A stretch of 61,555 nucleotides of DNA, filler included, from Sluysia triapertura (taxonomy: Eukaryota), in assembly GCA_046118255.1 (NCBI GenBank). It is 5 parts of 5 records of this genome, joined end to end, with 100 filler letters (N's around TTAATTAATTAA, not from the genome) between each part and the next. Parts side by side here need not be neighbours in the genome. Positions count along the whole stretch, not along the records: positions 47,749 to 61,555 come from JBJNIA010018742.1; 4 more parts are not named here. One strand, written 5' to 3'. The notes below the pieces were generated by a model. That model ran no database searches. It saw nothing but the letters and a program-made list of their open reading frames with translations, and was not told the origin of the DNA. This document shows positions 52,590-61,555 of this stretch, one piece after another (position 1 is the stretch's first letter; each line of letters starts with the position of its first letter). A program made the translations under genes and the position numbers.

Positions 52590-53480
52590 TTTACAAATTC
52601 GTCCAACTACGGTAATCCTATAAATATTGTCATGAATTGCGAAAACGCTTTAAATTATGATTATGATTATATTTAGTAGTAGTATTAAATTCATTTCTAG
52701 CAACGGTTGCTCCATTTTCATATTTTAATTTATATTCACTTTATTATTATCATCTTTATCATTAATTTTATTTTCAGTTTTAACCATACTAACGTATTCT
52801 TCAATATCATTCATCCTTATCTTAGTAATATTATATGCCTGAATATCTTTACTAAATAATAATTGTATTTGACTTATTAGGTAAACAACCGCAATGTATT
52901 CATTTCTATTAATATGATCATTTGTAAGTATTAATACTACATGATTATTTAATATATTGAATAACATACGAGTTAATGATATTAATTCTTTGACTTTAGT
53001 ATTTATCAGAAATTGTAGTGCCTATAAATCATCTTCATACAAAAGCCTAAGTGGTACCGTTGCTATATTACTTTTATTTCGCCAATAATATCTTCATTCT
53101 TTAAGTAAACTTTCTGATTCTACTATTTCTTCACTATTGCTTATATCATCTATCGGTACTATATTTAAATATTCCATTATATCGCCTGAATTTTTACGTT
53201 CATTATAAATTAATTCAGTAATAATTTTAACATCATAAATACACCAACATCTATTTATTATAAATTACTTTCTTTCAATTTCGTTTTCATTGTTATCCTT
53301 CGGGATTAAAGTCAAAAGTCACTTGTACCTATTTTACTATTTCATCATTTAATTTTTGCAATTTTATTACTTCTTTCACCTTTTTATTTTCTTCATTAAA
53401 TGAATCAACTTTATTAAATAATACTTGAGAAAGTGGATTTTTACTGCGTTTTTGTTTATTTATATTTTCTGAATTACAAA
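52590..53480 (-). mobile_element. Second decayed copy of the gypsy-like element at 5990-7365
   Basis: Colinear matches TTATTTCGCCAATA, TATTTCTTCACT, AATGAATCAACTT, CTTGAGAAA and GTTTATTTATATTT. The left boundary is approximate. Confidence 0.55.
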
Positions 53481-54213
53481 TTCTTTAACATAGTTGCTTT
53501 TATTCAAAGAAACCAAAATTTCGGAAATCAAATAAATTTTTAAATCCAAATAATAATTAAACAAAATCAATAAGAATATAAATTTACAGCTAAAAAATCA
53601 AGAAAATGTATATCAATTTACTACAAAAATGGTTTATAGATCAATATGTAATGTTCGTAGGTCAATACATATGAATAGATATTGATATTAACATATCCAT
53701 AATCACCTACAATTAATTTTTATCTAATTTATATCTTCAAAAAAATCACTCAAAATTTAGATACTTTAAAATACAAAATCGTTTTTTGACAATATTTCTT
53801 TTTTATGTTTATTTTCTTTTTGAATTAACTTTGTGCTTTATCTAAATGATTTTTTGCTTTTTAGTAATAACGCTACTTTCAAAAAACAGAAAAATAAGTC
53901 GCTTGAATTTTTATCTTATAAAATCAAATTATAAGATAGCTAATTCAAATAATATAAATATATAATCGATTAATTATTATTATTATTAGATTTAACTTTC
54001 TAATAATTGTAACATGATTTTAAATAGACAAATGTCTCTAACCTAAAATTAGAGATCAATTTTAAATAAATTAAGTTAAAATTTTGTTTATTAGCAATTA
54101 AGATAAAATCTTACAACAAAAACTTACAAAAAAATGTTTTTTTATATATTTAATTGATAGATCCAGCCACTTGAACACAGTAAAAACTAAGGTCTCTTGA
54201 CAAGTAAAAAATA

Positions 54214-55895
54214 CAGTCAACCCTCATTAATCAGAAAAATTAGAAATCGATTTCCTTTCGGATTGTGAATTAATTCCGATGAAGGAATTAATTAATTAAT
54301 GAAGGAATGCAAAATCGATATGGTAGCCATATTAATGATGAAATTATTAAGAAAAAGGCAATTATTTATTTAAAAAGCATCTAAAGTTTGTTAGAGAGTT
54401 TACTTTTGAATGATTTTCTGTAAATCACTTTGACTTCTTTTAAATTTTTTACTTTATCATTGGTTATTTTTATTAGTAGAGCTGTTTGAAGAAGAACCTG
54501 CTTTGAAGACAATTTCATATGCATGAAATAAATTGCTCCTTCTGTTTGAATCATATCCTCTTCAACCAGTATTTCGTCAAGCTCATTCTTCTGTGTCTGA
54601 AGAATGGGATCTGATGATAATTTTTTTCAGCATAAGATTCATGAAGATCCAAGAAGATTTTTGATGGTTTCTTCTTCCACATCTTCCCAAGTTTCATGGA
54701 ATGTCAAAATGGCTTTCTTAAGATTAACAACAAAGGCTTTTGGTTGATCAGCTGAGTTCATATAATAAACTACTAACTTTTTTCTGTAATAATGCTTTAA
54801 ATTTTTTATTATACCCGCATTCAAGGTTTGAAAATCAGCAGTTGAGTATTTCGGAAGCATTATAACTTTAATTTTCTGAAAATATTTCTTTAAGCTATGA
54901 CTTGGAGAACTATCAAGAAGCAGATAAATTTTATTTTTGTATTTTCTCAGTTCATCATCAAAATGCTGCACAAAACAATCAAACAAATAGGTGGTCATCC
55001 ATGCTTTCGAATTTTCATGGTAATTACAGTATCTTGCCACATTAAATCCTTTAAAACATCTTGGTTTCTTGATATTTCCAATAACAAAGGGTGTAGTTTT
55101 AATTGATCCAATAGCATTTGAACATAAAGCTATGGTTATTCTAATTTTAGATTATTTTATGCCTTTCTTTCAATTGATGAAATCGTTCTTGTAGAAAATA
55201 CTTAATCCACATTGAGCATAGCTTCTGGGTCAATTCCTGTCAATATTTCAACCATTTTTTTCTATGGGCTGAAACATCAACATCATATTCATTGAATTTG
55301 CTTCTCCATGGAGAACTTTCATTTTAAAATTAAATCGATTTTTGAATCTATAGAGCCATCCTTTGCTAAATTGCAGGTCACAAACATTTAGTTTTTATCC
55401 AAATTCCGTTGCTTTTTTAAAGAAAATTTATCGCATCCATTCTCAAGCAGGTAATGAATTTTGGAAGATTGTCTGGAGTAAGTGTGTGAGCTTTCATAAC
55501 TTTCCAATTTCTCTTTATTTTTCAAAATATCTGAGAACGTAAAAATTCCTAGGTCCAGGTTTAATTATTTTCTGATAATCTGAGACAAATCACTCAACGA
55601 CACTTTCTTCGACTCATTTATTGTACAAATTTTTTGATGAATTATAACTTATCTTCTTTTTTAGCCATATAGATATATAATTTAAATAAAAATTGTAAAC
55701 AAGCTTAATATTTAAACAACATTAATCCGAAACTTTTAAAAATTATTAGAAATTTAATTCAAAAAAGTGCTTTCCGAATGTGGATCATGAAGTTTCGGAT
55801 CAGTGAATCAAATTTGTCTGTAAACGTTCGAAAATTGACGGAATAAATAAATTTTTTTCGGACTATGAAGTTTTCGGATTAATGAGGGTTCTTTA
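54214..55895 (-). mobile_element. pogo/Tigger-family DNA transposon, full length but defective
   Basis: Left TA-CAGTCAACCCTCATTAATCAGAAAA and right TTTTCGGATTAATGAGGGTT form TIRs; the right tip is eroded. A transposase lies between them. Confidence 0.9.
54375..55668 (-). pseudogene. pogo/Tigger (CENP-B-like HTH plus DDE_1) transposase, frameshifted
   Basis: SDILKNKEK; FSKGWLYRFKNRFNFKMKVLHGEANS; RITIALCSNAIG; KPRCFKG; NSKAWMT; LLLDSSPSH; LPKYSTADFQTLNAGIIKNLKHYYRK. Confidence 0.9.
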
Positions 55896-56703
55896 CCAAT
55901 TAATTACCAAGTATCAAATATTTCCGATTACCAAGAATCAAATTATCGAAACTAAAATTATTAAACGAATCAAATCATAATCAAATCGCAAAAAGTTCAA
56001 TCGACTTGTGCCAAAATTTCTGTATGAGTACTCTTTTTATATCAACTCAAAATTCAAACGTTGTTAGTTTTATTTTATTTTTTTATTAACTTATTTAGGT
56101 ACAATGAGAATAAGTAATCTTTATTTTCTTTATAATTGATTTTAATTATTTTATAGGTTGCTGAAAAAATTCTAAGCAAATGTTTCTTTCTTTACTTTAT
56201 TTTCAATGATTCAATTGTTCAATTAGTAAGGTTGTTATTATTATTTTTTTTATTTCATATTCTGAAGGACCTGACGTCTACAAAATAATAGAGGACATTT
56301 AAATTATAACTACAGTAATTATAAAAACGAAAGACAAAGGCTTTCCAATGACGAAGATTTTCCAAAAATAACTAATTAAATAAAGGTAAAAAGTAAAATA
56401 AATTTTACTGAATATAATTTACTGTTTTAGTTTTAAAAGTAACTTTTAATGATAAGTTAGAAAAAATTATTTCATTTGACTTTTACAATGAAATTTTAAT
56501 TTTTTTACCATCATTTACTAATAATGTCTTTTAATATTCAGAACATTGTTGTTACTAATAACAACTATATTATGCTTGTTTAAAGTAATCCTACATTATA
56601 TACATAATATAATCAAAAAAGACTATTTTTATTTTTAACAAATTAATTTAAGCCATATAATTTATTACATTAATATTTGAAATTTTCGAAGTAAGAATTA
56701 TAG

Positions 56704-58382
56704 AAACATTTTTTCCATTTTTATTTGTATTGTCATTCGTATTAATTTGCATGAGTTTTCCATATCACAAAAACTTAAAAGTACCATATAGAAAATATAC
56801 GGAAAAAGAAGTTTTCATTATTTTTAATGAATGCTAATTTTATTAGAATATTTATTCTAAATGCGCACTCAGAGGTTTACTATTATCAGATCCAGAACCA
56901 GTAGAATATCAAAAAGATATGTTTAAGTATGTTTTTATTTAAATAAGCATTCTGAGTTCTTGTTTATTTAAATTTCAATGTCAAGTTTATGTATTGAAAC
57001 TAAACAATTTCTTGAATTTTTCAACAATTTTGTTATATTACTTAGCTCATTTTTGTGCTTTTATTAACCGCATAAAGCCTACCTTTTTATTTTAAGGAAG
57101 AACAAGTTATTTTACACATATTTTCTGTTTATTCTTATTTAAAAAATTTCAAATTTTTAGTTTTATATCACACCAAATCGTCACTTTTTCCCTTAGATGC
57201 ATATTCTTTATAGCTAAACGCTATGAAGTGTCGTGGTTGCACTGTATGATTAATATGTAAATGCGCACAATTCAAATTTATGAACATTTAAAGTAACTTA
57301 TAAAATGTAAATTTTAGATAGTTAAATATATAAGTAAATTATAACCTTTTTGTGTAATAAAATATATTATGAAAACATTTTGATTTAATTTTAAGTTTAA
57401 GTTTAATTTATATTAAAAAAATTAAATTTTATTCTAAAATCAGATATTTATTTAATTAATAACTTGAATTAGTGTGAATTGTGCTATAGCAAATTATTTG
57501 TGAATTCAATTTTTTCGGTTATAATTCCATTGATACAAATTATGTGTGGTTTAGTCGAATTAACACGATTGTAACCTTTTATATTCTAGTTCATACTCTA
57601 TTAATTTTTATTTATTTTAACAATGATATTAATTAGTTTTGTAAAATTTTTAAATATTTAAAAAGTTTCCATGAAAATGTTTAGTTAGTATTCACGAACA
57701 AAATTTTATCTCAATTTATGTAAACAATCAATCTATGCTAAATCGCTTAATTCGTATTTATTTCTATTGTAATTTAGACCATGCACAATATCTAAAATCA
57801 TCGACTTGCCTCGGCGTGTTCAGGATGGTTTTATAAAACAAGATGATATTAACATGCCACAAATACAGCGTGGTGTCATTATTCATACTAATCGATGTTC
57901 AGTACGTTATATAATTTTACTACATATTTTAAGCTGCTGGTCTAATAAATCTAGACCGGTTTTTTAATTTTTTAGATAATAAAAATAAAAGTGTACAATA
58001 AAAGTATATAAGGTTTTCAACAATCAACCAGACATATTCACTATAGGTAATACTCATATTATAACACTTCTTCTATTCTCTTACATTTTCACTTGGTTAT
58101 GCACTTAAACATTTTTAGTTTTATGATCAAAAATTTACAAAAGTAAGGTTTTATTATTATTGTTATCTTTAAATACTAGTGTTATTATTGTTCATTTATT
58201 GAATGTTACTGCTTTTATTGCTTTATTGTTCCCATAAATAAAAGTATTAATTACCAACCAATGGGGCGGCACAGAATCGGTCATTAACAAATTGTCAAAT
58301 ATTTCAAGCATAAATTTACATCTCTGTTTTCTAGGCGGTCTTTTGTTCATTTATACGCGATGGAGGTTTCGAGGAAGCATAA
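56704..58382 (+). CDS. Candidate spliced gene of unknown function. Exons ~56704-56810, 56847-56926, 57778-57901, 58335-58382
   Basis: GT-AG introns (36 nt, 851 nt, 433 nt) give phase-consistent joins: ..FFPFLFVLSFVLICMSFPYHKNLKVPYRKYTEKE-NIYSKCALRGLLLSDPEPVEYQKDMFK-PCTISKIIDLPRRVQDGFIKQDDINMPQIQRGVIIHTNRCS-AVFCSFIRDGGFEEA*. Acidic coding-like sequence continues past the stop, so it may be a pseudogene. Confidence 0.5.
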
Positions 58383-61300
58383 GCGGATTTATTACGTATA
58401 GAAGTAAATATATGAGATAATGATTATAGGCTTGAAACGGGAAGTCAAGATTGGCAATTCATTCAAAAAAGATTATGATACTGATGGTGATGATGATGAT
58501 GGAGATGCTGAAAATTAACATGAGAATGAACATGAACATGAAATTGAAGGTGAAGATGAAATGATAATATGATGAAAATGAATCTAATAACCCTTTATTG
58601 TCAACCGCTTCTACGCATTCACATAACAAAACTCCTTATTACCAAACTTCCTATAGTATCGATTACACAAATAAGAAGATAAAAATGGAATTAAAAGATA
58701 AACACAAAAGGCAGGAGACATAGTAGCGAAAGTATTGTAAGTAGTTGTATATATATCCCATCAAAATAAACATACAACTGAAAATAATACTAAAATAACA
58801 AAAAATTGAATATTTCTAACATGAATCTTGTTTTATCATTATCATATGATTCAATAGATAATGATGATTTTAGTTAAACGAATTCAGATTTAGGATCTAA
58901 AAATAATTCAACTACTGTGGGAAATATAAGTGATACTGATAAATGTATCGTCGATGAAAAAATGTTCTAAAAGCAATAGTCGTAGTGCATTTTTGTGTAT
59001 CCATATAAAAAAGAAATTAATAGATACATCAAGTTTAAATAGTGACACTGTAAACAATGATATTTTAGATTATTTTATTGATAACAGTGATATTTCAACA
59101 ATCAGTCAAAAATCGAATTACTTTACATTAGACAATAATTTTAATCAGTAGTAATTTTAAAATTGTTTAATTTTATATATCGATTTTGATGTCGTGTTTT
59201 AGTACGTTTGTCTACCTATTTCATTTCAATTTTGTAATTTTTAATTTTATTTAATTATTATTATTAGTATCGAATAATAATTAAAATTCTTGATCAATAA
59301 AAAAGTTTGAGTAAAAATGCCTTCTAAGCATTTTTTGTCGTGAGAAATTACTGATATTGATTAATATATCGGTTCCCAATTTGTTTGATGTCAATAATTA
59401 TCAATAATGAAATTGATAAAATTTGATAATAATGGTAATGCTTAAGGGTAATAAAATTTAATAGCATATTGTAATGACAAACTGATATAATTAATGTAAT
59501 AATCACATTAATGAAATGTTTAATATTACATGAAGTAAGGAAAGTTATTGAAAGTTTGTAAGTATATGAACGTGCAAAAGTATACGGATGAAAATGAAAC
59601 ATTTGAATAAGTGTTTACAAATTGTATTTTTTGTATGTGAATTGTTGAATTAAGCTTTTGAATCACTATAGTCGGTTCTCCAGTTTTCGGACTCGAACGG
59701 TGTTGAATTTTTTGGAGTGATGTATAATTTCCATTTCGGAAAGCCGCTTGATATTTGTAGTAGAGACCCGTTTTTTGAATTGTAATGGTTGATCAAAGGT
59801 GAGAGAATGATTTTTCAATTTCTTTAATTGAAATTATCCAATTAAAAACGAGTCACTGTTTTTATTTCAAATCGCAAACTTTAGATTGACAAAATCATTG
59901 AGGATTGCATTTCAAAAATTATAAGTCAGGTTCAAGCTTACATTACTTAAAATTTTAGTTGGCTGCTTGTATAAAGTAATCTATTAGTCCATCTTAAGTA
60001 TGACAATGCAATCATTTTGGATTCTATACACATTCGATCGACACATTAATAAAGATATGACTAAACTTTGTTCTATTAATATATGTACATAAATGGAATA
60101 GAAATTTTTTCTATCCCTGTGCACATTGAAAAAATTTGGTAGAAATACTGATGTATACTTTTTATTGTAATGAGAATTGTTATTGTAATACTATTTATGC
60201 TTTTTATTGTAATGATAAATTGATACAGCAATTCAGATTTTACTAAAATCGACTGGTGTACGAAATTTATCATTTATGATAAACTAATTTTTTATTATAT
60301 AATTCGTCTACACATACTTAAGTATTGTACTAATTTGATCAAATCTTTTATTAAAGACGAAGCACGAATACATAATATATACTAAAAACCTAAAATGTTT
60401 CATTCAGATCCGAACAAATGAATTTGTTGCTCTATTAAAAATAAATAAAGTTGATGTAACATCACTAAACAAAATACTAATCAAATTCATCGTACCTTGT
60501 AATTACAGAATATCCTTACATAAAAGTTAATGAAAAATCCAATCGTCGTGAGAACGATGGGAAATATTTGACCTGCGATAATTTTGCTGTATTACTGTCA
60601 GAATTATAGTTTGGTACATATTAGACTATTACTATTGCTAATTTTTATATTTATTTTATATTTAAAGATTGAAGTTTATTTCAATTTTATTTGTACTTTG
60701 TTATTTACTATTGACTTTTTATAAAATTACTTTAGAATTTTCTCAAAATTATTTTGAAGGTTAAAGTCTCTACTCGTCTCTGATGTAAAAGATGGAAGTG
60801 CAATTATGTTTAAGAATTTAAATTTTCAAACTTTCTCCTCCTTTGTATTTAAATAAAATAAAGGGACTTAGTTAATACGGAAGATTTATTAACCACAAAA
60901 CTAACTGTACATGAAAATACCATACGTAATTTAATGACGATTTTGAATAATACTTTTCCTTTTAAATTTTATATTGGTTTGCTCAATAAGTTTGTTGTTG
61001 ACTCTCTTTATGCGTTTAATTTTACAAGTAAAATTCAATATAACTCAAAGTTTTAATTCAATAACCTAATAATAGTCTTCAATAGCTTTGATGTTGTTAT
61101 AAATCTCGAATAATTTCAATATAAACCTGGTAATATCGTGCAAACCGTTGGCCCTTATAATCCAATTTTACAAATTCTATAATAAATTCTACTCAATTAT
61201 TTATTCCGTAGTATTAATAAATTCTGTAATAATTTATTTATTGCAATAATTTATTCTACAATAAGTAATGTACAGTGACTTATAGTTTGTAATAATAGTT

Positions 61301-61485
61301 ATAGGTATTAATAAATACTGTTTGTAGTATAAATTTTATATAATTAATAAGTAATGTAATATTTTTTATAAATAATTATAAGGAATAAATTTTTATATTA
61401 TAAATTATTTTTTATAATATAAAAAATATTATTTTTTATGTTATAAATAATATTTTATATTATAAATTTTATAAAAAAACTTTTA

Positions 61486-61555
<70 letters not shown>
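61486..61555 (+). repeat. (ATT)n microsatellite at contig end
   Basis: Direct reading; similar tracts occur at ~14280-14388, ~25950-25993 and ~31610-31653. Confidence 0.9.

Noticed and set aside
58335-58620. Alternative genetic code (TAA read as sense), suggested by in-frame TAA in coding-like text
   Set aside because: The intact coiled-coil and HMG genes contain no in-frame TAA/TAG over more than 300 codons in very AT-rich DNA; ordinary pseudogene decay explains it.

Overview
Very AT-rich (roughly 20-25% GC by eye), repeat- and pseudogene-rich eukaryotic nuclear DNA with very short GT-AG introns (25-77 nt, several 36-43 nt). This style is reminiscent of reduced animal parasites such as myxozoans or mesozoans, but that is inference only. 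The window is not one locus: five 11-14 kb pieces are joined by artificial N44-TTAATTAATTAA-N44 linkers. Supportable content: a spliced coiled-coil gene whose last exon lies beyond a 2.1-kb intron; an intronless two-HMG-box ORF; a further spliced gene candidate; a degenerate pogo/Tigger transposon with TIRs; a TA-flanked MITE; two solo LTRs with perfect 4-bp TSDs; gypsy-like and LINE remnants; and two tRNA(Cys)-like relics. The most notable signal is a repeated unit seen three times. It comprises a strand-biased repeat body, a conserved ~55-61-nt hairpin (CCACTATCAATG.TGA...TCA.CATTGATAGTGG, with compensatory changes) and a promoter-like stretch, followed by a gene with a variable N-terminus and a shared C-x6-C-x3-H zinc finger plus TDHxxRIxxL motif. 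One copy carries a captured, catalytically gutted fragment of the CCA-adding enzyme.
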